NCBI GenBank assembly: GCA_016205145.1
Contig: JACQJH010000002.1
Location: 180,001 to 212,000 of the forward strand
Source of the DNA: Candidatus Iainarchaeum sp.
GTDB taxonomy: Archaea > Iainarchaeota > Iainarchaeia > Iainarchaeales > JACQJH01
Direction of reading: 5' to 3'
DNA: 32,000 nucleotides
The position numbers were made by a program, and so were the translations under genes. Shown one piece after another: positions 18,063 to 25,705 of this stretch (within the stretch, counting starts at the first letter, position 1; each line of letters opens with the position of its first letter). Under the pieces are notes generated by a model. It worked only from the letters and a program-made list of their open reading frames with translations, had not been told where the DNA came from and did no database searches.

Positions 18063-18088
18063 GGCCAAAGATTGGCCTTTCATTCTTT
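18063..18088 (+). terminator. Hairpin GGCCAA-aga-TTGGCC followed by tttcattcttt after the protease gene
   Basis: Read directly from the sequence. It starts 3 nt after the stop codon. Confidence 0.45.
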
Positions 18089-18271
18089 GTCAGGTTGCAT
18101 GGGCAGAGCCCAAAATAGATTATGTAGTACACAATCGCAGGGTTTTTAAATCTGCGTGGGGGCTATTTATATTTGTGTTTTGCGCCTGATTTTTCGCTTT
18201 CGGTCCAAAACCGGGAATTTTTTTCCAAACGCGGGCGTGCTTGACGCGCCCGGCAAAAGGTGGTTCTGTAA

Positions 18272-19180
18272 ATGGCTGAAAACAAGTGTCCTGAATGCGG
18301 CAGCGACAAGGTCCTGCACGACGCCGAGAGGGGCGAACTGGTCTGCCAGAGCTGCGGCCTCGTCATAGAATCCGACGACGTCGACTTCGGCAAGGAGTGG
18401 AGAAGTTTTGACTCCGACCAGTTCGAGAAAAGGGCGCGCACAGGCAGCCCAATGAAATACGTCAAGCTGAACAAGGGCCTTGTAACGATGATTGACAGGC
18501 GCGGAACAGACCTGCGCGGAAACAAGCTTTCAAGCAAGAGCCGCGCGCAAATGTACCGCCTTATCAAGTGGCACAAGCGCGCAAGCATAAGCTCAAGCAT
18601 GCAGCGCAACCTCTCAATCGCGCTGACCGAGCTCAGAAGGGTTGCAAGCTATTTGAACATCCCAGAATCTTTGGTTGAAGCGGCGGCATTGCTGTACAGG
18701 AAAACAGTCAAAAAGGGCCTCATAAGGGGAAGGCTCATTGAAGCTGTTGTCGCTGCAGTGCTTTACACCGTGTGCAGGACATACCACGTGCCAAGGACGC
18801 TTAACGAGATGGCTGAAGCAAGCGGCCTGACGAAAAAGGAAATCGGCCGCACGTACAGGTTTCTGGTGCGCGAATTGAGGCTTGACGTTCCGCTGACAAA
18901 CCCAATTCACTACATTCCAAGGTTTGCAGCAGAACTCAACCTTTCCGGCGAAGTCCAGGAGGAAGGCAGAAAGATCCTGGAAGAGGCAATCAAGAAAGGC
19001 CTCATCTCCGGAAGAGGGCCGACCGGCGTCGCGGCAGCCGCAGTCTACATTGCGGGGCTGCTGAAAGGCGAGCGCAGGACGCAAAAAGAGGTTGCGAACG
19101 TCGCGGGCGTGACGGAAGTCACGATAAGGAACAGGTACCGCGAGCTCAAGAAGCGCCTGGACATAGACGTCGCGGCATGA
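18272..19180 (+). CDS. tfb: Transcription initiation factor IIB (TFB)
   Basis: 302 aa. N-terminal Zn ribbon CPECGS...CQSCG, a B-reader/linker and two cyclin-like repeats. AGGTGG lies 9 nt upstream. Confidence 0.95.
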   Translation: MAENKCPECGSDKVLHDAERGELVCQSCGLVIESDDVDFGKEWRSFDSDQFEKRARTGSPMKYVKLNKGLVTMIDRRGTDLRGNKLSSKSRAQMYRLIKWHKRASISSSMQRNLSIALTELRRVASYLNIPESLVEAAALLYRKTVKKGLIRGRLIEAVVAAVLYTVCRTYHVPRTLNEMAEASGLTKKEIGRTYRFLVRELRLDVPLTNPIHYIPRFAAELNLSGEVQEEGRKILEEAIKKGLISGRGPTGVAAAAVYIAGLLKGERRTQKEVANVAGVTEVTIRNRYRELKKRLDIDVAA

Positions 19181-19202
19181 ACGAAAAAAAGGCATTTCTT
19201 CA

Positions 19203-19239
19203 GGGCAAGGCCGTAACGGCTTTGCCCGCAAAATTTTTT
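19203..19239 (+). terminator. 11-bp hairpin (GGGCAAGGCCG-taa-CGGCTTTGCCC) followed by T6
   Basis: Read directly from the sequence, with one G-T wobble. It lies 23 nt after the tfb stop, and the T6 tract is at 19234-19239. Confidence 0.6.
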
Positions 19240-19250
19240 CGTGAGAAAAA

Positions 19251-19853
19251 ATGCCAGGCCTTGCCTTTGTCGCATACGAGCTGTTGTGGTTCGCAATTTT
19301 TGCCTTCGCTCTCGTGCATTCTGCCAAAAAATACGGGAAGGGCCGGACTGCAGCATTTTTTGCGCCCGCAGTATTCTGGGGCTTCCTGCTCGAATTCGCG
19401 TCGCAGGAAATTTTCGCAAGATACCATTATGGCAGCGGCTTTCTGGTTTATGCCCTCAACGTCCCGCTTTGCATTTCCCTTGCCTGGGCAGCCCTCATTT
19501 ATTTCGGATACGTTTTTGCAAGCCACGACCTCAAAATAAAAAACCCGCTCAAAGCAGGCGTTGCCGCTGCAATCCCCCTCGCCGCAATGGACTTTTTCCT
19601 GTTCGAGCCGCTTGCAAAAATCTTCGGCTACTGGGTTTGGACTCCGGAAAGCGTCTGGTTCGGCTCGCCGCTCGGAAACCTCTACGGATGGTTTTTCGTG
19701 GTGGTGCTGTATGTTGCAGTGTTCGTATACCTGGAATCAATGCGGGGCGGCTGGAAAAAAAGGCTCGCATTGAACTTTGCGCTGATATTGCCGAGGCTCA
19801 TGGTCCTGATAGCCATCCTGCAGGCGTGGGCAAATCTTTTCGGCAGCCTTTAA
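19251..19853 (+). CDS. Integral membrane protein, DUF422/carotenoid-biosynthesis-like (tentative)
   Basis: 200 aa with ~6 TM segments. The pattern LLEF....Y.YG......NVPLCISLAW is reminiscent of the DUF422 family. The family assignment is from memory only. Confidence 0.55.
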   Translation: MPGLAFVAYELLWFAIFAFALVHSAKKYGKGRTAAFFAPAVFWGFLLEFASQEIFARYHYGSGFLVYALNVPLCISLAWAALIYFGYVFASHDLKIKNPLKAGVAAAIPLAAMDFFLFEPLAKIFGYWVWTPESVWFGSPLGNLYGWFFVVVLYVAVFVYLESMRGGWKKRLALNFALILPRLMVLIAILQAWANLFGSL

Positions 19854-19898
19854 CCTTGAACGCAACCGTTTTAATCTTGTTTCGCGTTTCTATTTTTC

Positions 19899-20555
19899 AT
19901 GCTGGTTTGCGGGGTTGACGAAGCGGGCAGGGGCCCGGTCATGGGGCCCATGGTAATTGCCGCGGCGTGCATTGAAAAGGCCGACGAGGAAAACCTGGCT
20001 AAAATGGGGGCAAGGGACTCGAAGCTTTTGACCAGGGGCCAGCGCGACAGGCTGAGAAAAAAAATAATCGATGCCTGCATTGAAACCGCGCAGGTCGAAA
20101 TCAGCGCGGAAGAGCTTGACGGGCTGATGTCAAGGCACAGCCTCAATGAAATCGAGGCCATGAAAATCGGGCAGATGCTCAACGGCCTCAAAAAAAAGCC
20201 GGAACTCGTGATCGTTGACAGCCCGGACACCATAGCGGAAAATTTCGCGAAAAGGCTCCGAAAATACGTTTCATTCAAAACATCCATCAGGGCCGAGCAC
20301 AAGGCGGACGCGACAAACCCCATAGTCAGCGCTGCATCCATCATTGCAAAAACGAGGCGGGACGAGGCAATGGACGAAATCAGCGGAAAATGCGGCACGG
20401 ATCTCGGAACCGGCTACCCGCACGACCCGAAAACAATCGCATTCCTTGAAAAAAACGCGGAGGAAAAAAGCCTGTCGGAATTCGTTAGGAAAAAGTGGGC
20501 GACAACGCAGAACATACTCGACAAAAAGAGCCAGAAAAAAATTTTCGACTATTGA
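19899..20555 (+). CDS. rnhB: Ribonuclease HII
   Basis: 218 aa. GVDEAGRGPVMGPMVIAA, the DSK motif and SAASIIAK. TATA-like TTTTAATC lies ~25 nt upstream of the ATG. Confidence 0.93.
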   Translation: MLVCGVDEAGRGPVMGPMVIAAACIEKADEENLAKMGARDSKLLTRGQRDRLRKKIIDACIETAQVEISAEELDGLMSRHSLNEIEAMKIGQMLNGLKKKPELVIVDSPDTIAENFAKRLRKYVSFKTSIRAEHKADATNPIVSAASIIAKTRRDEAMDEISGKCGTDLGTGYPHDPKTIAFLEKNAEEKSLSEFVRKKWATTQNILDKKSQKKIFDY

Positions 20556-20633
20556 ACTGCGCGCAGGACGGGCGTGCAAAAAAAATTTCCTGAAGCGAAA
20601 AGCAATTAAAATCGTTGCGGCTTAATTTATTTT

Positions 20634-21119
20634 ATGCCGGCTTGGGACAAAAAAAAGAAAGCCGATTTCCCGTTCGACTTTGACAGAATCGAACAGCTCA
20701 TGTCGGAGCTTGTTGACAGCCTGACTCAGGGCAACGGCATTCCGGAGGGCCAAAAACCTTCGTTCATAGGGTTTTCGATAAACTTCGATTCCGCGGGAAA
20801 GCCCAGGTTTCTTGGAAACCCGTTCAAAAAGCGCAAACCCGCGGAAAAGGCGGGAAAGCGCGATTACCATCCGCTTGCAGACGTCATAAACGAAGCCAAA
20901 ACCATCACAATCGCATTGGAACTGCGCGGCGCCGGCGAAAAATCAATCAGGGTGAGCCAGCCGGACGAACACACCGTAAAAATCGAGGCGGGGCAGAAGC
21001 ACAAGCCGTTCCGCAAGGAAATGTTTTTCGGCGAAAAACTGAAGAAGGGCTTTAAGTCAAAGTTCAAGAACGGGGTACTGGAAATCGTGCTCGAAAAAAA
21101 CATCGCCAACCGCGCCTAG
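20634..21119 (+). CDS. Small heat-shock protein (Hsp20/alpha-crystallin family)
   Basis: 161 aa. The alpha-crystallin domain ends in KFKNGVLEIVLEK. Confidence 0.8.
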   Translation: MPAWDKKKKADFPFDFDRIEQLMSELVDSLTQGNGIPEGQKPSFIGFSINFDSAGKPRFLGNPFKKRKPAEKAGKRDYHPLADVINEAKTITIALELRGAGEKSIRVSQPDEHTVKIEAGQKHKPFRKEMFFGEKLKKGFKSKFKNGVLEIVLEKNIANRA

Positions 21120-21241
21120 TCCTCCCAGTTCTCCCATTTCTGCCTGCCGGAAAGAATCCCGAAATTCGCCTTTATTTCTGTCGTGGTCTTTTTCCGCACA
21201 GGATTCGGCTTTTTCTTTTTCACGCGCTTTCTTCCAGCCAT
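21116..21241 (-). CDS. Unannotated 41-aa highly basic small ORF
   Basis: Hand translation gives MAGRKRVKKKKPNPVRKKTTTEIKANFGILSGRQKWENWED*. GGGTGA lies 6 nt upstream of the ATG. Its stop overlaps the hsp20 stop (shared CTAG). It is below the ORF-track cut-off. Confidence 0.3.
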   Translation of the reverse strand: MAGRKRVKKKKPNPVRKKTTTEIKANFGILSGRQKWENWED

Positions 21242-21373
21242 CGATAATCACCCGGGAAATTGGCGGAAATAGTAATGGCCGGCTCCGGCTTTTAACCGTA
21301 ATGAAGGCGCGTTTCCCGTGAACTGGCTACAACCCATCTGGCCGTTCAGCTATTAGGGCGGGCCGCGCGACAA

Positions 21374-21832
21374 TCAGACCGAGGAGCCGAATTGTTCCAA
21401 AAATTTTTTAGTCGTGCGCAGGACGTAAGTTCTTCCTTTCGGCTCCTTTGTGATGAAGCCTTCTTCCAGCAGCCTGGCAATGTGGTCGTAGGCCTTGTTG
21501 TTCCTGTATTTTATGACAGTGCTCTGGTCCACGGGCTGCTTGAAGGAAATGAACGCAAGCGTTTTCATCATGCCCTTGTGGAAAAGATTGTCCGAGGCGA
21601 GGGATGCGACGTTCCTGTCAAATTCCCGTCTCACTTTCATCTGGAACTTGTCGTCAACCTGGATTATTTCAAGCGCGGAGTCCCGCTCGTTGAATTCCTG
21701 CATTAGCTCAAGGCAGAAGGATTTGACCGCCGAATAGTCTGCGGTGCCGGCGATGTTCTGCAGCTCCGCAATAGACAATGGCGCGGGACTCATGAAAAGG
21801 GCTGCTTCAATTATTTTCATTTCCTTTGACAT
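21374..21832 (-). CDS. scpB: Segregation and condensation protein B
   Basis: 152 aa. IIEAALFMSPAPLSIAEL, MMKTLAFISFKQPVDQSTV and a C-terminal TTKKFLEQFG are typical ScpB tandem winged-helix features. Confidence 0.8.
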   Translation of the reverse strand: MSKEMKIIEAALFMSPAPLSIAELQNIAGTADYSAVKSFCLELMQEFNERDSALEIIQVDDKFQMKVRREFDRNVASLASDNLFHKGMMKTLAFISFKQPVDQSTVIKYRNNKAYDHIARLLEEGFITKEPKGRTYVLRTTKKFLEQFGSSV

Positions 21833-21833
21833 T

Positions 21834-22709
21834 CTAATCCTCTTTTACCACGCTATTGGCGGAATTGCCGGCGGGCGTGTTCGGCCTGACAAAAAACGAT
21901 GCAACCAGCAGCAGGATGCCGATAACAGCGGCGATGCCGGAAAAAAGCATTGCCTGCGAAAAAACCGCGGAAATGAAATCCGTTGCTATGCCTGAAAGCG
22001 CGGCGCTGGCAGCCGACAATCCCTGCGGGATTCCCGACAGCGCGCCCTCCAAAACGTTTTTGGCGGAGGCCATGGCAATGAATGAAACCGCGAATGCTGA
22101 GATTCCGGCGAATGCGAGCGCCGAGCCGAGAGCCTTCAAAACGGATTTCATTGAATGCCGGTACAAAAATGCCAGCAAGCCAAGCATCAGAATTGCGATT
22201 GCCGCGGAAGCATAAATGCCGAGAAAGAACAGGGAAACGTAGCTCCTTGCATCCTCCAAAGGCTTTCCTTTCAACCCGAACTGCTGTGAAACGCTCAACG
22301 TGTCCGGAATCGTTGAAAGGTCAAGCGCCTGCACCGGCACGCCGAACTGCGAAGCCAGGGACTGCACATTCGACTTCAACGGAGCCAGGCTTATTGTGCC
22401 CTCAAAGCTTTCACGCTCGGACTTCAGGTAAGCAAGCAGTTCGGAAACCACTGAATCAAGGCTTTCCTTTATCCAGCTCCTTGGCACGAGCGAGTCCTTT
22501 GCAAGGCCCGCAACTGCGGGCAGTTGCGCCTGGCTCATGGCCGCAGCCTGCAGCTGGCCGTAAACGTCGTACTTTTCAAAGCTTGCAAGGTAAAACGCCG
22601 GTGAGAGGGCAACGGACGAGAAGGAAAACGAAAAAATGAACGCAGAGAAGGAAAACGAAAAAATCAGGACAATGATTGCCGACAGGATTTTTTTTAGCAG
22701 CCCAGCCAC
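21834..22709 (-). CDS. Hypothetical membrane protein
   Basis: 291 aa. GTG start with GGTGG 4 nt upstream. An N-terminal TM segment, a ~130-aa extracytoplasmic segment and 3-4 C-terminal TM segments. Its stop is 1 nt from the scpB ATG. Confidence 0.65.
   Translation of the reverse strand: MAGLLKKILSAIIVLIFSFSFSAFIFSFSFSSVALSPAFYLASFEKYDVYGQLQAAAMSQAQLPAVAGLAKDSLVPRSWIKESLDSVVSELLAYLKSERESFEGTISLAPLKSNVQSLASQFGVPVQALDLSTIPDTLSVSQQFGLKGKPLEDARSYVSLFFLGIYASAAIAILMLGLLAFLYRHSMKSVLKALGSALAFAGISAFAVSFIAMASAKNVLEGALSGIPQGLSAASAALSGIATDFISAVFSQAMLFSGIAAVIGILLLVASFFVRPNTPAGNSANSVVKED
22618..22664 (-). repeat. 20-nt perfect direct repeat (GAGAAGGAAAACGAAAAAAT x2, period 27 nt) inside the membrane-protein CDS
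   Basis: Copies at 22618-22637 and 22645-22664. The repeat is in frame and duplicates IFSFSFS in the N-terminal TM segment. Confidence 0.8.
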
Positions 22710-22779
22710 AAAACCACCGACAGGCCGAATGCCGTCAGCATAAGAAAAGCAAAATCACTATTTAACCTTTACTGACCTA

Positions 22780-22799
22780 CGGCGGGCTGAAGCCCGCCG
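22780..22799. other. 8-bp GC-rich hairpin CGGCGGGC-tgaa-GCCCGCCG in a 262-bp spacer
   Basis: Read directly from the sequence. In the minus sense it is preceded by the T-rich gcattttggtttt and followed by TATA-like AGGTTAAATAGTG (22757-22769). Confidence 0.5.
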
Positions 22800-22828
22800 G
22801 GTCGTAAAACCAAAATGCAACCGAAAAT

Positions 22829-22891
22829 TGCGACGGCGCTTTCGAATTCATCTCCCTGTTGAAACATGGCAGGGTTCTTCTGCGACGGCGC
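22829..22891. repeat. 11-nt direct repeat TGCGACGGCGC x2, 52 nt apart, in the intergenic spacer
   Basis: Copies at 22829-22839 and 22881-22891. A 5-bp hairpin CCCTG...CAGGG lies between them. Confidence 0.5.
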
Positions 22892-22971
22892 CTAAACCCG
22901 CCCGCATGCCGGCCGCAGTTGCCAACGATTACTATCCAAAGCACTGGCAGAGCTGAGAAAGCCGGGAATAT

Positions 22972-24090
22972 TCAGTCGGCCTTGCAGGTCTTGCACGCCT
23001 TCAAAACCCTTTCCTTGGCGATTTCAAGGGCCGCGTCCCTGGGCAGCTTTTTCCCGGAAGCTGCGTGCTCAAGAACCGTTTTCGTGTTTTTGGTTATTTT
23101 CTTTTCGACCAGCGCAAACATTTCCTTTTCCCGGCCGCCGATGAATTCAACGTAGGATGAAATCACGCCGCCCGCGTTCGCAACAATGTCGGGCACTATA
23201 AGGACGCCTTTGCCGGCAAGAATCCTTTCCATTTCAACTGACATCGGAATGTTGGAACCTTCCACGATTATTTTCGCGTTGACCGCATTGACGTCGGTGG
23301 CAGTTATAAGGTTCGGGATCGCCGCGGTTATCAGAATGTCGGCCTTTGCTGAAACAATGTCCATGCAGCCGTTTCCATGCCTGGGCTTGTAATTGACAAC
23401 GCTTCCGGTTTCGGACTTCACCTTTGCAAGCGCCTCAAAATCGATGCCGGCGGAATCGCACAACACGCCCTTGCTGTCGGAAACCGAGACAAGTTTTGCG
23501 CCGGCTTCGGTCAGGAACTTCGAGGCAAACCAGCCCACGTTGCCGAAGCCTTCAACTGCAAAAGTCATGCCATTCAGGCGTTTACCAAGATGCTGTGCGG
23601 CAATCTTTGTCGCATGAAAAACCCCGAAACCCGTGCTTCCGAGTTCATGGGGCAGCCCGCCCATTGAAGCGGGTTTGCCCGTGCAAGCCTTCCTGTCGCC
23701 GATGGCCTCGGAAAAAACCTGCATTTCATGCTCCGTAGTGGAAATGTCGGGACCCGCAACGTACAGGCTTGGCACTACCGGCTTCACTGCTTCGGCGAAC
23801 GCCCGGATGATTTCATCCTTTTTTTCAGGCGTGAGCCGTTTGGCATCCGCGACTATCCCGGATTTTGCCCCGCCGAACGGCAGCTCGGCAAGCGCGTTTT
23901 TCCAGGACATCGCCCTTGCAAGCGCGAAAACCTCTTCCCTTGAAACTGAGGGAGTCATGCGGATGCCGCCCTTGCCCGGCCCGAGCGCGGTATTGTCTAT
24001 CACGACAAAGCCGTGCATTCCCGCCTTTGCATTGTAAACCTCGAAAACCTTTTCCGGGCCGAACCCGTCGAACAGTATCCCGTTAGCCAC
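22972..24090 (-). CDS. Glu/Leu/Phe/Val dehydrogenase family protein (short GDH-like)
   Basis: GPGKGGIRM, MSWKNALAELPFGGAKSG and the Rossmann GFGNVG motif. I chose the GTG at 24090 because GGGGTGG lies 6 nt upstream. The N-terminal 20 aa of the TTG-started track ORF look non-native. Confidence 0.8.
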   Translation of the reverse strand: MANGILFDGFGPEKVFEVYNAKAGMHGFVVIDNTALGPGKGGIRMTPSVSREEVFALARAMSWKNALAELPFGGAKSGIVADAKRLTPEKKDEIIRAFAEAVKPVVPSLYVAGPDISTTEHEMQVFSEAIGDRKACTGKPASMGGLPHELGSTGFGVFHATKIAAQHLGKRLNGMTFAVEGFGNVGWFASKFLTEAGAKLVSVSDSKGVLCDSAGIDFEALAKVKSETGSVVNYKPRHGNGCMDIVSAKADILITAAIPNLITATDVNAVNAKIIVEGSNIPMSVEMERILAGKGVLIVPDIVANAGGVISSYVEFIGGREKEMFALVEKKITKNTKTVLEHAASGKKLPRDAALEIAKERVLKACKTCKAD

Positions 24091-24316
24091 CAAAAACCAC
24101 CCCGAACAACCATGACAAATCCAGACCCAAATGAAAAAATACAAAAGCAAAAGGAATTAAAGGACTGTTAAAACAAAATACCGGGCGGGAATATTTAAAA
24201 CTTCATTCAGCCGGATTGAAGAAAATTAAAAAAATTACCCAAAAAATAAAAAAATGGCCAAAAAAATGCGGAAAAACCCGTATTAAATGAAAAAAATTCA
24301 TGAACGGAACGGGCGT

Positions 24317-24556
24317 TCAGATGAGCTTTTTCCCGTTCTCAATGACATGGATTACGTTGACCGGGCACGAGTTCGCGGCCTCCATGTGGTTCTTCAAATC
24401 ATCCATTTCCTTGAACTGCATGTTGTTGTCGCCTTTGGCCCCGATGAGGTCTGACTTGCCGTCAGAATTCATTTCCCAGCCTTCCGGGAAAACCGCGGCG
24501 CAGGCAGCGCAGCCAATGCAGTTGGGCCTGTCGTGTTCCACCCTGAATTTTGCCAT
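24317..24556 (-). CDS. Ferredoxin (single 4Fe-4S cluster type)
   Basis: 79 aa from the ATG at 24556, with AGGTGA 8 nt upstream. CIGCAACAAV...CP cluster motif. Confidence 0.75.
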   Translation of the reverse strand: MAKFRVEHDRPNCIGCAACAAVFPEGWEMNSDGKSDLIGAKGDNNMQFKEMDDLKNHMEAANSCPVNVIHVIENGKKLI

Positions 24557-24681
24557 TTCCGAAATCACCTTTAACATTTAATTTCTGGGGCAATTATTTA
24601 AACCTTTTGCAAGATGCTCCGGCAAAACAACGACAGTTGCCTTAAAAAAATTAAAAAACAGGTTTCCGCCATACTCTTACA

Positions 24682-25317
24682 ATGAAAACACGGGAACGGG
24701 CGGAAAAAATACTTGCGCGCCTGAAAAGGAATTTCGGAAAGCCGCATACGGCGCTTTCATACAAAAAGCCGCTGGACCTGCTCATGGCAGTCATACTTTC
24801 CGCGCAGTGCACTGACGCGCAGGTAAACCGCGTCACGCCAGGCCTGTTCAAAAGGTTCAGGAAAGCCGAAGATTATGCCAATGCAAGCATTCAGGAAATA
24901 GAATCCTTCGTCAGGCCGACGGGCTTCTACAGGAGCAAGGCTAAAAGCCTGAAGGAGACGGGCAGGATCCTCACTGAAAAGTTTCACGGCAAGGTGCCAA
25001 GAACAATGGATGAGCTGATGGAATTGCGCGGCGTTGCGCGCAAAACTGCAAACATCGTTTTGACTGAAGGCTTCGGCATAGTCGAAGGCATTGCAGTGGA
25101 CACGCACGTGAAAAGGCTTTCATGGAGGCTTGGGCTGAGCAAAAACAGGGGCCCTGTCAAAATAGAGCAGGACCTGATGAAACTGTTCCCGCGCGCGGAG
25201 TGGGAAGACGTTTCAATGCTGCTTATCCTCCATGGCAGACAGACGTGCTTTGCAAGAAAACCCAAGTGCAGGGAATGCGGACTGCAAAAGCTTTGCCCGA
25301 GCGCATTCAAGGCCTGA
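24682..25317 (+). CDS. nth: Endonuclease III (DNA glycosylase/AP lyase)
   Basis: 211 aa. HhH-GPD core (LMELRGVARKTANIV, VDTHV) and a C-terminal Fe-S loop CFARKPKCRECGLQKLC. Confidence 0.93.
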   Translation: MKTRERAEKILARLKRNFGKPHTALSYKKPLDLLMAVILSAQCTDAQVNRVTPGLFKRFRKAEDYANASIQEIESFVRPTGFYRSKAKSLKETGRILTEKFHGKVPRTMDELMELRGVARKTANIVLTEGFGIVEGIAVDTHVKRLSWRLGLSKNRGPVKIEQDLMKLFPRAEWEDVSMLLILHGRQTCFARKPKCRECGLQKLCPSAFKA

Positions 25318-25321
25318 AACA

Positions 25322-25366
25322 GGCAAAAAAACGCGTTTTGGGCTGCCGGAAGATTTTGCCTTTTTT
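25322..25366 (+). terminator. Hairpin GGCAAAA...TTTTGCC followed by T6 after nth
   Basis: A 7-bp stem (25322-25328 / 25354-25360) with a 25-nt loop containing the AAACGCGTTT palindrome. The T6 tract is at 25361-25366. Confidence 0.4.
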
Positions 25367-25403
25367 ATCGTCCTATTAAAGGGAATGCCCCATTTATATT
25401 GTT

Positions 25404-25682
25404 ATGGGCACGGACAAAACAATCACAAGCAACAGGATTTACCTTAAGAGGCCGAACGATGAAAAAGAGGCAAGCGAAGACGACATCAGGCAGCTGGAGC
25501 GGTCCGCGATTGCAGGCTTCAACATGGGAAAAGAAGTCTACATCATAGAAAAATTCCCGAAAAAGTTTTTCTACTTTGCCACCAAAATCAGGATTGAAAA
25601 AGTTGCCGACAGGGTGGCTTCCCTCTCAGCGGTTTCGAATTCAAGGCTGTTCAGGGTTGTTCCAAGCCACAGCGTTTACTGA
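25404..25682 (+). CDS. Hypothetical protein (92 aa)
   Basis: ATG-started ORF that does not overlap other calls. No recognisable motif. TATA-like CATTTATATTG abuts the ATG, so the true start or transcript is uncertain. Confidence 0.35.
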   Translation: MGTDKTITSNRIYLKRPNDEKEASEDDIRQLERSAIAGFNMGKEVYIIEKFPKKFFYFATKIRIEKVADRVASLSAVSNSRLFRVVPSHSVY

Positions 25683-25705
25683 TTTGGTTGCCAGCCTATG
25701 CGCGG

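Noticed and set aside
18063-18077. GGCCAA-aga-TTGGCC, considered as a third copy of the NAD-associated palindrome.
   Set aside because: The spacer is 3 nt rather than 1, the CAATTTG core is absent, and it sits immediately after a stop codon followed by a T-rich tract. It is better explained as a terminator hairpin.
18156-18368. 70-aa GTG-started ORF overlapping the tfb start, and a 98-aa ORF at 22859-23155 overlapping the dehydrogenase 3' end.
   Set aside because: They are out of frame with, or antisense to, well-supported genes. They have no SD and no motifs.
21057-21251. 64-aa minus-strand ORF from the track.
   Set aside because: It overlaps the hsp20 3' end by 60 nt and has no SD. The alternative frame (21116-21241) has an SD and ends exactly at the hsp20 stop, so I reported that one instead, at low confidence.
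22618-22664. Direct repeats, considered as a possible CRISPR or mobile-element signature.
   Set aside because: There are only two copies, 20 nt each with a 7-nt gap, in frame inside a CDS. No array, no cas genes, and no terminal inverted repeats or transposase anywhere in the window.
22841-22850. TTCGAAT-like sequences (here and at 25643-25652) that resemble tRNA T-loops, and the 21242-21373 spacer, which was checked for a tRNA.
   Set aside because: The flanking bases do not form a 5-bp T-stem, and no acceptor, D or anticodon arms could be built. No tRNA is called anywhere in the window.
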